Of a stretch of DNA of 44,251 nt, positions 22,231 through 35,345 are shown in pieces; within the stretch, counting starts at the first letter, position 1; each line of letters begins with the position of its first letter. The stretch comes from Paraglomus brasilianum (lineage: Eukaryota), in contig CAJVPI010000189.1 in the NCBI GenBank assembly GCA_910592345.1, positions 1 through 44,251 on the forward strand, given 5' to 3'. The notes below the pieces were generated by a model, which ran no database searches, was not told the origin of the DNA, and saw nothing but the letters and a program-made list of their open reading frames with translations. The position numbers were made by a program, and so were the translations under genes.

Positions 22231-22400
22231 ACACAGAGGCTCTCTTTATAGTGTACCTCCTTTATAGTGGAGACTAATTAAAATCGCGATATAGTGGATA
22301 AAGGTTCAAACCTATCCGATATAGTGTATTTCTGAGAATTTTTTACTAGTAGATTTTTTTGATACACTATAAAGGCAAATCACATTCCTAACAATTTTTT
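22231..22400. mobile_element. Partial pogo/Tigger-like MITE end
   Basis: Starts TA-CACAGAGGCTCTCTTTATAGTG with repeated TATAGTG/CACTATA subterminal motifs; right end not found. Confidence 0.5.
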
Positions 22401-22460
22401 CTGGGCTGTCTCAAAAACTCCACAAGAAATAGGGAAATATCTCGACTTATCAGCGATGAG

Positions 22461-22613
22461 GCTCAGACTGGAAACTACTTAATGGTTATGGAATATGTAG
22501 AGGGTGGTAATTTGCGATAATTCTTGAAGAGCAGTCGGCCAGACTTTTGAACTAGGTTCTATCAATTACAAATTATAACTTATGGACTAGAAGATATCCA
22601 TGAAAAGGCCCTC
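22461..22613 (+). pseudogene. TKL kinase fragment (subdomains V-VIa)
   Basis: AQTGNYLMVMEYVEGGNLR*FLKSSRPDF*TRFYQLQIITYGLEDIHEKAL, with two in-frame stops. Confidence 0.85.
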
Positions 22614-23934
22614 GCGGCAAGTAACGTTACGCCAATGCATCGAAACCAGTTAACGCAGAACGTAAAAGAATTTTCTGGATCACGTGCCTTTCTTCCTCTG
22701 AATTTTGCCTTTGTATTTGCCATGACCATCAATAAGGCACGTAGGAATTTATTTGCCGACTCCAGTATTTTCTCATGGCCAACTTTATGTTGCTTGTTCT
22801 AGGACTACGTCTAGATAAAGCCTTAAGATTCTAATAACAGGCCAGCTGAAGAGGTGTTACAAAAGATGTAGACTTTTACGTAGACCTGTAGGAGGAATGG
22901 TTATAGTGCTTAAATAGTTTATTTCCGTCGTTATGCTCTGTAAATTACGCATTATTGGTTACACGCTACACGTATGCAGTTGGACCGTCAGCGAAGCGGC
23001 GGGTTAACCTCGTATCGTTTAAAAATCATCGACAAACCTTTCTTACTCCATTATACAGATATGTTTGCCTTATGACTCGTAAGTACGGACAGGAAAAAGA
23101 ACCGTAGCGTCTCTTATTACTATTGATCGGCAAGGATTTGGGGTTCAATTTGGGGTACTTTCTTGCAAATCATTCCTTCGTGCTACCGAACTTGTAACTA
23201 CTGTTGTGAAAAACTTTACTATTACGTTTGAGGTCAGGAAAAAGGCACAAGGTAGGTAGCATCTCCGAGTATACATCCCACACAAAAACCAAATTTGAAC
23301 CCCAAATCACCAACTACCCATTTTCATAGATCAGTCGTCATATCAAAAACGAATCGGAAAACTTCATATTGCTATTACTGGTAGCTCGTTAAAGAATAAC
23401 AAAACATCTCGTGAATAAGAGCAAAGGCATTACGAATATTACTTTGTTGTTTTAATCCTCAGTTGTGTCGATAATAATGATTGCTATTCCCATAAATTAT
23501 CTTTAATGGTAAAAATGGCGAACGATTAATATTGTCAATTTATATGAAATATCCCTTTCTTTAAATAATGCATAACTCGCTCTCAAAACAAACTGTTAAA
23601 TTGTTACGCGTGTGATTCTAAGAAATAAACATTAATGGGTAAGTGAAATAATCCGGTACATTAATGTTAAACATGGGAAAACAGTTATCATAATAATAAC
23701 CCATCTAAATATACTAATAAAAAATGCTGCAATGACGATTTTGTACTAGTATTTGACTATTTAAATAATAAAAAATTTTTTAAAACAACATTAGTTAGCA
23801 TATCATTACTATTAATATTATGGCTGCCTTGCAAGTAAAGAAGCAAGACGAAGAGAAAAAAAAGTTGCGGCCCAAAAAAGCGAAGAATGTGCACAAAAAA
23901 AAAGAAGAGATGACAGCATAAGATTAAATGATTG

Positions 23935-24215
23935 TATAGACACTTAGTTTACAATTGACAAATTCTATCTTAAAAAAACCCCCCACAAGCGTAAGTGATA
24001 AAAATGACAATAGGAGAACGCCGTTCAAAAATACTCTTAAGCGAACGTTCATTCAAAGCTACAATAAAGTCACCTTTGTACCAATATGATATTTTGATAT
24101 ACCTTCTATTCGCCATTTAAAATGATGCAAGACAGGCGCAACTGGAAAACAATCTAAAAGTTTATATAAAAAAGTAACCATTTTGGTTTTAAGTAACAAT
24201 GTACAATTGAGTAAT
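23935..24215. repeat. Dispersed duplicate, paralog at ~41497-41755
   Basis: Shared ATAGACACTTAGTTTACAATTGACAAATT and TGATGCAAGACAGGCG.AACTGGAAAACAATCTAAAAGTTTA. Confidence 0.85.
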
Positions 24216-25418
24216 AACCATATAATAAAAAGTGCAGGAGTTCAAGAATTGTTCAGTATCAGTAAAATCACATCGGAGGTGGATGTAATTTTTGATGGTC
24301 ATATTTCAACGATCATCTGGTCAATTCCAAAAATAGATCATTCCACAAGGTGTTGTTTGTACGTAATAAACGCAAAGATTTGAGTTTGCCTAGGGTCCAA
24401 GAATTGTTCGATATCATTTATCAACTACATCAACATCAAATGTTGTAATTAATGAAAGTTTTGATGGCCATATTTCAACGATCAGCTGACCAATCCAAAA
24501 AGACATCATTTCTATACAAAAGATGAGGGCATTCCTGACAAGGATGCCTTGCAAAGCAGTGACGTCAGAAATTGTCAAAGTTGACGACCTTATTGTCGAG
24601 TCAACAACCGGCGTAGTAGTAGGAGAGCAATCGATCGCTGACCTTGGGGTTTATTAAGGGAGTAACCTATTCGATAATTACTGATAAATCAATTCTTTTC
24701 ACTGGTTTTTAAGTCAAGGAGCTATTTTCAAACGGAGCCGTGGCTTCTCCTATTTTTAAGTTAAATACGACGACAGTTAGTGACCTGTAAACTAGGCTTT
24801 ATTACTCACGATCTTATTCGTCTTCTTAAACAACTATTTCCCTTCCGATGGAATTAATTCGGAAGCCTATAGGTTGGCCATACTTGTATCTATCTCTTGT
24901 ATCTATCTGAAATGTATTTCCACTTAAGCGAATAACAATCGTAATGCCAAGAGAATATCAACGGCGGATATTCCCAGTCAATATAGAGATTAGTGGTTCG
25001 CAACAATATCGAATAATTTACCAGAGAACGAATGATGTATTTCAGAGTATAAAGAACTGCTCGTTTATTAGAAAGAATCGCGCTTCTTAGGTCTCGAGAT
25101 TTCAATTCTTATTACATGTGGAAGTCATTTTTACCTAACCAGTTCTAGTTAATTGTTTACGGGTGTACAAATGCGATGGCATCATGCGAAATGTAAGAGA
25201 AAATACGTCATCATTTAATATTAGACCTAGAAGTTTCCAAAGAACTACGTATTGGAATAACAGCAATATTATAACTAGAGATGATATTCCTTTACGATTT
25301 CAAGTAAAGAAGCAAACAGCTCAATTGTTACATGTGTGAAACAACAATAGTGAGTAAGTGAAAAACTTTGACAATAATCCGCTGCATTGATGTTAAACAT
25401 GGAAAAGCAGTCGTCATA

Positions 25419-25977
25419 ACCTCGGAAAGCTGGCAGCTAAAGAAAATTTTTATTTATTTAAAAATTTTTAATACATTTAATACTTGGTAGGTCATCCTTG
25501 ATTCTTACTGCATGCTTCAATTCTATGTGACATGCTTTCTATAAGATTTTTTGGATGTACAGAATGTTTATTACGCCTTCGTTTAAGTTTATTCCATAAA
25601 TACTCAATCGGGTTAAGGTTCATTAGTCCTTCCAACAATTTGCGTTCAAACTCATTTAATTCTTTCCATGTCGAATGGTACAGTTTAAAAAAAGAAAAGA
25701 AAAGAAGTTAACGCACCCTTGTGCTGTAAGTTGCAAAACAGCAATCGTTTGCTATTAGTTTAGACGAGGGGATATTGTCCTAGCCGATACATCGAAAAGA
25801 GAAACCCACAATTTGGTACTTGTCCCACCAAAACTAGTGCCACGGTTACCTGATTTGTAAATAGTACTACCATACGATTGTCTGTTAATATATTAATATT
25901 AATATGTCCCAATCTTAATTAATATTAATATTAAAAATTTTAAAAAAAAAGCTTGGCGCCGGATGCTTTTCCGAGGG
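25419..25977 (-). mobile_element. Internally deleted Tc1/mariner element with TIRs and transposase remnant
   Basis: Ends (A)CCTCGGAAAGC / GCTTTTCCGAGGG flanked by TA. Minus strand near 25617-25560 reads LNPIEYLWNKLKRRRNKHS, the Tc1 DD34E-region motif. Flanks correspond to an empty site at ~23670-23770. Confidence 0.85.
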
Positions 25978-26328
25978 TAGTTCTAATAAAGACGATGTTG
26001 CATTAGTGTTTGACTATTTAAAATAATAAATCATTATGGTCCGGTGCATAAATGTAGATACTCAATACAATCGCTACTAGCAAAAGTTTTGTTTCACCAA
26101 ATCGATCGATGTCGGACACACTGACAAATGGCCTCGCCCTAACCGGACACGAAAAACGGAAACCCACTTTGAGAAGAGTACCCTAAGCATCGTGCAGTTT
26201 ATATAGTGAAACATTAACACAAAACGCTGATTGATTGCATTAAAACTTTTATTACGTTTTAACCGTGCGGATGCACGAATCATAAAGTAATACCAGCAAT
26301 TGATAAGTAACGTTTGCTCTTGACGGGA

Positions 26329-26900
26329 ATGAAAAAAAAAAAGATCGTTAGTGCTTATAAATATTTTTCTGATTCTACCTCCGTCAATAAGCTCACACTA
26401 CGCAAGCGTATTGCTGTGGTATTGGGCATTTCAGAAAGTACTGTTGGGCGGGTTATTCAAGATTGGAGCAAATGTAATGACGGATCTTTTACACCATATA
26501 AGATCCCGACCGGAGGTTCGACCAGATTCTAATATCTCACCGTGTTTATTCGTGAAATAATTGTAGAATCAAATAAAACAGGACGGCCCCATCTAAGGCG
26601 GTGACACGACAGTTTCTTTCATATAGTTTCTAAGTGGCAAATTTTTCGTATGCTACACAGTTTAGGTTACTACTTTTGCCAGGGCGAAAGAAGGAATATT
26701 TTACACGAGTTTCCAAATAACGTTATATTTCGCTGTCATATCTTCGATATCGGCTTGCTAATTTACAAGGAGATAATGACGTGCCAAACCGACCAGAAGT
26801 GTTCTTAGGCGAGTCATACTGTCATCTTTATCATACATCAAACAAAACCTGGGTCCTCATCAAGGCGTCGTTTTAGAACCAGGGCATGGACTGTTGGTTG
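26329..26900 (+). mobile_element. Degenerate IS630/Tc1-superfamily transposase
   Basis: HTH-like LRKRIAVVLGISESTVGRVIQDW; then RMLHSLGYYFCQGERRNILHE; then NRPEVFLGESYCHLYHTSNKTWV, where the LDES catalytic Asp position is Gly. Multiple frameshifts. Confidence 0.85.
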
Positions 26901-27088
26901 TAGATAGATAATGATTGTTAAATGGACAATAATTTTTCTTTAGAGGATGATGTTGAATTTGACTAATCAACTTTTAATAAAATTGATATCAAAATGGTTC
27001 CTCTTGACTGAAGAATTGATTTATCTGATCAGAATTAAAAAATAACTTTCTCAAAAAATTTCTATGGAAAAAAAAACTGAGGTATCTA

Positions 27089-27515
27089 CCGTATTTCTCC
27101 GACACGAATACTCCTTGTTCGTTTTAGTACCCGGGGTACTCGTGTACTGATGGGGGGTACATATCTCGATTTGTTTCTTTAAACTTCTATTGGTTGTGGA
27201 ATCATGTTCTCGAAATTGTATATTATAATTAACGCGCGTTATTAGATACTACTAATACTGTATAGTATATAAAGAACTTTGAAATTAAAATTCAATTGCG
27301 ATTTAGATTATTTATCTGCTCATCATAAGTCTCCCAGTGTTTCATGTCTTATGGTCTCGTGGATTTTAATTGGCTGTTAGAAGGTACAAATCACAGAGGG
27401 GTATATATGCCGGAGGATACCATAACTAATACCCGGGTGTAAATCAAAATTTGGCCTTCAAAATTGCCGCAGGGTATAGCTCATGAGGGGGGGGACTCGT
27501 GTCGGAGAAATACGG
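27089..27515. mobile_element. Non-autonomous pogo/Tigger-like DNA transposon (MITE)
   Basis: 19-bp perfect TIR CCGTATTTCTCCGACACGA / TCGTGTCGGAGAAATACGG, TA on both sides; same terminal motif as 16072-16415. Confidence 0.9.
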
Positions 27516-27915
27516 TACATTATTGCACCGGACTATACTGATAATATTTGTTACAATGGCAAGTAAAGAAGCAAGACGAAGAAAGACGTTACATGCCAAC
27601 AAAAGTGTGCACAAAAAAAAATAATGGCACAATACCCCTACTCCCCCTTCTTTCAAAAAAAATTCGACATTTTGTGTTCCATAACATCCCGAAAATGGAA
27701 TATTTTATGGTAGACTTACCTAAATGATATACCAAAAATATCATGAATTTTACATGTTTATAAAGTTGTCTAAGTAAAAACTTTAACTTTGCCACAATTT
27801 CCCATTTATTTCACCTCATACTCTGATAGACGAAAGTTTGATCCACTAATACCGTAAAATTTAATAAACTTTAATATCTTTACTTTGTCTTGTGCATTTT
27901 TTTATTGTAATTATA

Positions 27916-28054
27916 CACAGTGAAAGTGGATATAACGGACTTTTCCCTGGAATGAAATTTTTACTAAACAATATCTGGTATAAACTCACAAGTCGATATT
28001 ACGGACTAAAACGCTGGTCTACAGTCTGTTATATTAATATCGTCTTCCACTGTG
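27916..28054. mobile_element. MITE with CACAGTG termini
   Basis: TA-CACAGTGAAAG ... CTTCCACTGTG-TA with internal GATAT.ACGGAC subrepeats. Confidence 0.75.
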
Positions 28055-28207
28055 TATTCTGTTAAAATTAAAATAGTCAGAATAAGAAGATTAACAATTG
28101 TGGGCCGTTAACTATTTTATTCAGTAAACTGAAACTTAATTCGAAAACTTTTATCAGTAGTAATTGTGTTATTTTATTAACAATTTCTTTGATAATTGGT
28201 GTATCCT

Positions 28208-28284
28208 GAAGAGGAAGAAAAGAAAAGAAAGAAAGAAAGAAAGAAAGAAAGAGAAAAAGAAAGAGAAAAAAAGAAGAAGAAAAA
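28208..28284 (+). repeat. Polypurine (GAAA)n-like microsatellite
   Basis: About 75 nt of A/G only with GAAA/GAAAA units. Confidence 0.95.
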
Positions 28285-29850
28285 TAGCATTTTACAAGAA
28301 ACCATAAAATAATTCTGGAAAAGTAAAGTCTTTGTTTCTTTCGCTTATGGGCATTCCTGATCTGTTTACCGTCGTATAGTATTTTTAACAATTTCAGCGA
28401 AGTTTACTACTATTTGCACTATGTAACCACTCTTGCGAAGACTAGTAATCGCTTTACCATCGCGTTGGTTCACATATTTCTTCTTACATAAATCGACGTT
28501 GTTTTGATTCTCCAGTATACATCGCAACAACGAAACAAAAATAAAGTATAATTGCTGTATATAGAGCTTTTAAATTATAGAAATTTTATTAGTGAAATTC
28601 TATTAGTAAAATTCTGAAACAAGCGTCATGAAAGTTTTGCAGTTAAACTTTTGTCTGTCGAGTGTATCCATTTACTTTACCAAAAATAGTGCATTGTTAG
28701 AAAATATTGTAACAATAAATAGTTTGAGAATGTCAAGCCAATAGAACTAGTTTACTGCGATAAGGATATTAATATGTAAACAACTCATATTCGAGCAGTG
28801 ACAAGAAACCTGGATTTGACGCATCCGTTAGCTCACAATCGGGAATCGACTTGACTCTAAATATTTATTACGGTTATACTTGAAGACCAAAATACTTATT
28901 GAACATCATTAATCTATTTCAATACTTTGTTAGAAGATGTCGATACTATTTATATGCAGTTGAATGGATAAATTTTCCATTGGCTTAATAATTTGGAGGA
29001 GCTACGTACGTATTTCCCACTAAGAACGCTAGGTAAATTACTCGATTGATATGAGGTTCAAAGTCTAACAATACCAAGTGAACATATGTTGATACGCGTT
29101 ACAACGTAAGACATAGTGCATATGAACAGCGCGGAGAAATCTACCGAATGGACTATATAGAGCATACAGTTTACGCTTTCGCACTAAGAAACATTACCGC
29201 TTAACATTATTAAAGTGGTAATCGCTCACAGACTCAATTGCATGGTACGATCAGCTGAGCTTTTGTGATTACTGATGTCAATAATCTACGCGTTTAGAGA
29301 GTGTGAATAATTGCCTTTGCTAGGTAATTCGATATTAGTATGAGTATCCAGCCAATGGTTGGGTACTGGATAGGCGCATATGGTGAGTTAATACCTTGAG
29401 ACAATATAGGAACAGGAACGGCTGTAATACGATATGCATACAAAGTATGAAATGCTTGTCGCTCAAAACTTTGAAAACCTATACATAACTGTTGGTGTAT
29501 AGTTGAAGACAGTGTCGTAGTCACTTCTATTTATTGCATGCATGTTCACATAAAGCATAATATTTCATTGCGATACTAATATATCTAATGTATTCCGCGT
29601 CAGGATTAAAATACTAAAACGACATACTGTCTGCCTTCGCCTCATACTTAAATATTACGATAATAAGCGTATATACAACAAACATGAACTTTGTCATGAA
29701 ACACAAGGGACAAAAGAAAAAGAAAACTATAATGAGACAAATTATAAAGGTTTAAAAAAGTAATAATCTAAAATGTCTAAAAATATATGAAATAGCATTT
29801 GAAACGATAAAATAATGTGGTTTATGTTAATTTGTATGTTTCTCAAATTT

Positions 29851-32800
29851 CTATGAAGACGTGGAAAAGAGTCCGAGTTCCTGAACTGCAGACGCAAGGC
29901 GTTTGTACTCTGCTAGCAACTCTGTTTGCATCAAAAGAATTCGCAAAAGCATGTTACTAAACAAAATCACAAGGAGAAAGCGCGCATAATGTCACATATA
30001 CAACACATACCAGCGACATCGCCTACCCTAAAGTCCTCAGATTTACACTCTAAAAACTTTGTTATGGGTGGAGCTATTTTCTTTGCTTGAATCGGTGCAG
30101 CATGTTTTGTCTATGGTTCACATCCAATATAGAACGCACTTTAGAAATTGGTATAAAGCATTACTTAAGCTTGTATTCCATACCATACCTCAGTTACCGA
30201 TTGAGAGCGCTCAGATGAAAATCGTGGCAAAACACTAATTTGTCGCAATCGGTTAGTCCTATAGGTCATTACCCAATATTCAATATGGACAATCAATCAC
30301 ATAACAAGATCCAATTTGAAGTAAAACGACTACGTACAATGACAATCCTCCCTCGGCCTGTTTCTTCGCGTCTGTATCCTCGTTTATTCTTTCGCTCTTC
30401 CCGTTCTCTACTTCATTACTTTCGTCCTGATTTTTCTTCGTCCTATCATCCTCTTTCACCTTACCAATCTCTGCCAATTCCTTTCCATCTGGTAATTCTC
30501 TTTCGAGAAGACTAAATCTTTTTCGTTTGCCGTTTTCCTCGATTGGACTTGAAACCTCAACCTCAACTGCTTGCTTCTCATTTATACTTCCATCGTCATT
30601 CTTTGTCTCCCTTCTACCAGCGTCGTTGTATCCAAGTATCCTCCCAAACATTTTGTAGGATGTATCGACTACGCCGGTAATTCCGGTGATTACTTTAAGT
30701 CCGCTGTCAGTAGCTGCACCGACAATTTCGTATCCTACGCGTCGCGGGTCGGCAAGAGGGAATGGAAGAGAGGGTTGTTGGGAGGGTGGAGTTGGAAGAG
30801 GAGGGATCGGTGATGTACGGTGAATGTCAGTCACGTCGCTGGTTGTGCGAAACGATGATTTTAAGAGTTTGGAATGTATTAGCGAATAAAATATCATTAT
30901 GCAAATTCCCAACGGAGTTTCAACTTGGATGACTAACCTCACTACCTTCTCCGGTGATAGTCCCAAAACTTGTAATTCTACATTCTCCAAGAATGAGACG
31001 ACGGCCAGCTAGAAAGAAAAGTATATACCGAATGAGCATAGTCGTAAAAAATATATAGAACCTTGGTTGGATCAATGTGACACTCACAGCATTCGTTAGG
31101 CAATAAGATAATTCCCCATGAAGTAATGACCGCACACGATACCGTTGAATAAATCTATAATTAATGTCGTTAATATTAATTCGGGAGTACTCGATGACGC
31201 AAGACGTATATATAAATAATGACATCAATGATTTCGTCAAACCTTCACCTCAAGTTGGATATCAGTTCCCTCGGATTAGCCTTGACCACTATAAAAATCA
31301 ACATTGGCAGAATGGCATCAGCGTTCGATACCCTTCTCTCGTCTATTGGAGATGTAGGCGTAACAGGAGAAATTGGTGTCTTTGGATGCTCAGGAATATC
31401 ATTTGAATGTTCGGGAATATCATTTGAATGTTCGGGAATATCATTTGAACGTTCGGGGCTATCATTTGAATGTTCAGGACTATCATTCGGCTGTTCTGAA
31501 TTATCACTCGACTGTTCTGAATTATCAATTGGCTGTTCTGAATTATTCTTTGGTTGTTCTGAATTATTCTTTGGTTGCTCTGGATTATCCTTTGGCTGTT
31601 CGGGATTATCCTTTGGCTGTTTTGTATCACTTTTTGATTGCGTCTTCAAACTTTGACTTAGCGTATCTAAAAAATCCATTGCATTTACGCGTCAGCAGTC
31701 AGCTAATCAAATCGAAAAATCTTCAACAAACGAGCCTGATGTATTACCGACTATTATCCTATGGCAATCAACGATAACGTTCAATTTCTCAATTGGTGAC
31801 TTCATGGACTGGAGGCACTGCAATTTAGCACCAGCCGTCTGAATGGCATCGTCAAAGAGTGATTGCTGGTGTGATTGAACGACGACACCCAAGTGCACCA
31901 GACCTAGTTCTAAAAGATTAAGCGCGGCGATTTTAGAGCATAATGCTTCGTCGGAGAGATCGTCATCACTCCAGGGCGGTATGAAAAGACTGGGACAATT
32001 AAAAACGATGGGCGTAAATATCAGCTAGATCGCTAATAGTGAAAATACGTTATATCGCAAACTTGATCATTAAAGACTTGTATATACTTTTCGTATAATG
32101 CAGAGCAGACAAATTTTTCCAGCGAGTTCAACTTGGATTCAACTATTGCATCTTGTTCTTCAGTCAATTCTCCTCCAGCTTCAAGTTTCGATCGGACGCT
32201 GTCAAACAAGTCTTGTATTTTCTCAGTCGAGGTTTCTTCAGACTTCATCGGTGTCTGTTGATATTCTTTGACAAACCTACCAAAAAAAAATCGAGTCCAT
32301 GTTAAAAATCTCGTCATGAAAAGGCACATTTTGTAGCAAGTCGGTACCACGTATAGGCACAGAACGTATATCTTCATACGATAGCTTATTTAATACCTCT
32401 GAATATCCTCAGGTAGTGATCCGGGTAGATCACTAATCTCTTTTATTTTTTCCGTCTTTTCCAGTATAAAATTCACTCTTTCAGAGACTTCTCGTTTTAT
32501 CAGAGGAGTTTCTATCAATAACGCACGAATATTCATTCCATGGAGCATGATGTCTGCATTGTGGCTGATTATTTTTATGGCCGGGAACGAGCTTGGATCT
32601 GTTGATGATGAGAAAGCATCGAAGAGAGTTCTATATTCAGAGTGTTTGTGCAATATTAGTAGAGGCAAAAATTTAGTATGATCAAAGTAAAACGAAAACT
32701 TACTTTTGTTTCTTTGTAGTGTCATCCAAAATATTTCCCAGTTCTTGCTCTGTAGGAAGCAGGCCGATTGAAATCAGTGAATCCCTTTGCGCAAATAAAA

Positions 32801-33486
32801 TGGCGATAGTTAATGACGAGCTCAAACATAGCGGAATAAAGAAAACATAATACATTAATGGCTTGTAAAGTAACCTCTACCCTAGTAAAACCACTCTAAT
32901 TCCACTCAACGTAATCGCCAGGATTTTGTCGTCTGATTGTTGGGTAATGATAATATTATCTTCCAGAAATTCACGTTCCATCGTTAAAAACGGTGTTGTT
33001 ACAGCCGCAGTGGCAAGCAACACGGTCGCCTAATCGTAAACAAAAAACACATTCATGAATCAAACTTGATCTTTGCCACGCCTACGAATTCTTCCCCAAT
33101 CTTCGACAAAACAAAACAAAAAAAAGGCACTTCATTGTTGCAACCTTCTTTGAAATCAACAATTGCACAACGTCCGAAAATCCTATCGTCATCTCCTTCA
33201 ACATGTTGAGCATAGATGCACCAACGGAACCATTAGGTACTGGAGTACCATTAATCTTGGGTTGTAGCAATGCCTGCGAAGACGTAGAGCCTGAAGACGG
33301 TGACCGTCTACTCCTCTGATTGAACCAGGCGGCGTTCACTTCCAAATCGTCGTCTTCGTTTAATAATGGATGACTCGTAAGAGTATCTGTACTCTTTGTC
33401 ATTTTCAAACCTCGCGTATTCAATGTTGAAGTCCCATTTATTCCTTGTGTATGAAGGGTAATGGCAGGCTTGTGGCTATTGGCCAT
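29851..33486 (-). CDS. VPS9-domain protein (putative Rab5-family GEF), multi-exon
   Basis: LIPPWSDDDLSDEALCSKIAALNLLELGLVHLGV; SMKSPIEKLNVIVDCH; NADAILPMLIFIVVKANPRELISNLRFIQRYR..GELSYCLTN (VPS9 helices); C-terminal FLECKSEDFRVGDVA/ELLAEYKRLASAV* with stop at 29851-29853. The start is uncertain: first in-frame ATG at 33486, frame open to ~33580. Confidence 0.88.
31389..31620 (-). repeat. Coding 21-bp minisatellite (~11 heptapeptide units) inside the VPS9 gene
   Basis: QPKDNPE x2, QPKNNSE x2, QPIDNSE, QSSDNSE, QPNDSPE, HSNDSPE, RSNDIPE, HSNDIPE x2. Confidence 0.95.
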
Positions 33487-34677
33487 AACTGTTGAGCTGC
33501 TAATCGGGGGACGTTGTTTCGGGATCTGTTGGAATTCTTTATGATTCAAGTTATCTCCAACATTGTATGTCGAATGCAGTCTTTATTCACGTGATCACGA
33601 TAAGCAACAAGCCACGTGAAGTGTCAAGTTTTAACTCTATTTGGTGTATCTGATAATGTAAGCGGTAATAGTAAATTTGACTTCATATGATTGCTTGCCA
33701 ATGAATAAATGGTCTGTTCTTTTCCCACTCTTAGCATTATTCACACATAGTGCATGAACACCGCTTACTTTGGTTATCATATTGCCAAACTCTACAAATC
33801 TGTGTCTAATACCACAGTACCGATTCGATTAGGCAGACATTCCAATACCAATACCGCAATTGGCTTGGATAATTACAGTGGAGTCTTTAAAATTAACACT
33901 AAAATTTATAATTCAAGTCGTACAATATGACATGTGGTTAGTATTGGCGCGACCCCAAAAAATCTTGCCAAATTTATCCAACATTAATAATAATGATGAT
34001 GTTATTAATAATATCAGATGTCAACAACTACCATGACATGTCGTGATAAACAGGTTTATGGCACAGTTAAAAGCCTTTATATTTCGTAGTTAATAAATCC
34101 CTATTAGTTGTCAATGAGTTATCACAAAGTCATTATTATTATGTAATGACAAGGAGTTTAGACAACGAGATTATTAGTACGTTGGTATCGATATAGTGAT
34201 GGACTCGCCACATTTCCTACATTGACAATCCCAATCTGACGGCATGTCCGTGATAAACACGACATCTTTTTTTTTGTTTTCTCTAAAACTCCTCTTGCTA
34301 TTCCACTCGGCCCAAAGATGCTTGTCGCAGCTTTACTGCGCACTCAATTGATTGGTAACTTCAACAAACGTAGATAAGTTTTTTTTTATTACTTCAGACA
34401 CTAGCAATTTTTGGATAACTTACAATGCAATTGTCATGTTAGCATTGTTATAAATGTAATCGTACGTTTGTAATATAATGCTGTCATACAGTAACTACCA
34501 AAGATGCATCATCAATAAGATAATGCGTAATCCTCTACGAGGTAAAATCGATACCATTGTTCGATCTAATAAAGTTAGTAATTCTTTCTTCAATCAATGA
34601 ACTCGGAAAACTTGTCTTTCTCGTTTGGATTGCTGTTCGACAAAAAAAGGTTTCACATACAATAATTGATAATTCTT

Positions 34678-35345
34678 TCACGGCTTTGTTGACACCATTT
34701 TGATTCCAAGGGCGGAGGTAATTCCAATCAATTAGAAGATAGATTATCCGTGGCGTTTTGCAGTTCTTTGACGCCGTTATTTAGTTGTATTGATTTTTGG
34801 TTGCATCTCCATATAAAGTATCACGGCTTTGTTGACACCATTTTGATTTTCAAAGGCGAGGTAATTAGAAGATAGATTATCCGAGGCGTTTTGCAGTTCT
34901 TTGATGCCGTTATTTAGTTGTATTGATTTTTTGTTGCATCTCCATATAAAATATCACGGCTTTGTTGATACCATTTTGATTTTCAAAGGCGAGGTAATTA
35001 GAAGATGGATTATCCGTGACGTTCTACAGGTCTTTGATGTCGTTATTTAGTTGTATTGATTTTTTGTTACATCTCCATATAAAATATCACGGCTTTGTTG
35101 ACACCATTTTGATTTTCAAAGGCGAGGTAATTAGAAGATGGATTATCCGTGACGTTCTACAGGTCTTTGATGCCGTTATTTAGTTGTATTGATTTTTTGT
35201 TACATCTCCATATAAAATATCACGGCTTTGTTGACACCATTTTGATTTTCAAAGGCGAGGTAATTAGAAGATGGATTATCCGTGACGTTCTACAGTTCTT
35301 TGATGTCGTTATTTAGTTGTACTAATTTCTCCATATAAAGTATCA
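34678..35345 (+). repeat. Tandem array of ~5 x 133-bp units
   Basis: TCACGGCTTTGTTGA starts at 34678, 34821, 34954, 35087 and 35220 (spacing 143, 133, 133, 133). Confidence 0.95.

Noticed and set aside
28077..28391. Phe-rich membrane protein ORF
   Set aside because: Produced by the (GAAA)n microsatellite.
31219..31777. Cys/Ser-rich and other alternative-frame ORFs over the minisatellite
   Set aside because: Shadows of the 21-bp coding repeat in the minus-strand VPS9 gene.
34678..35345. CRISPR-like array
   Set aside because: Whole 133-bp units are repeated with no unique spacers; eukaryotic context and no cas genes.
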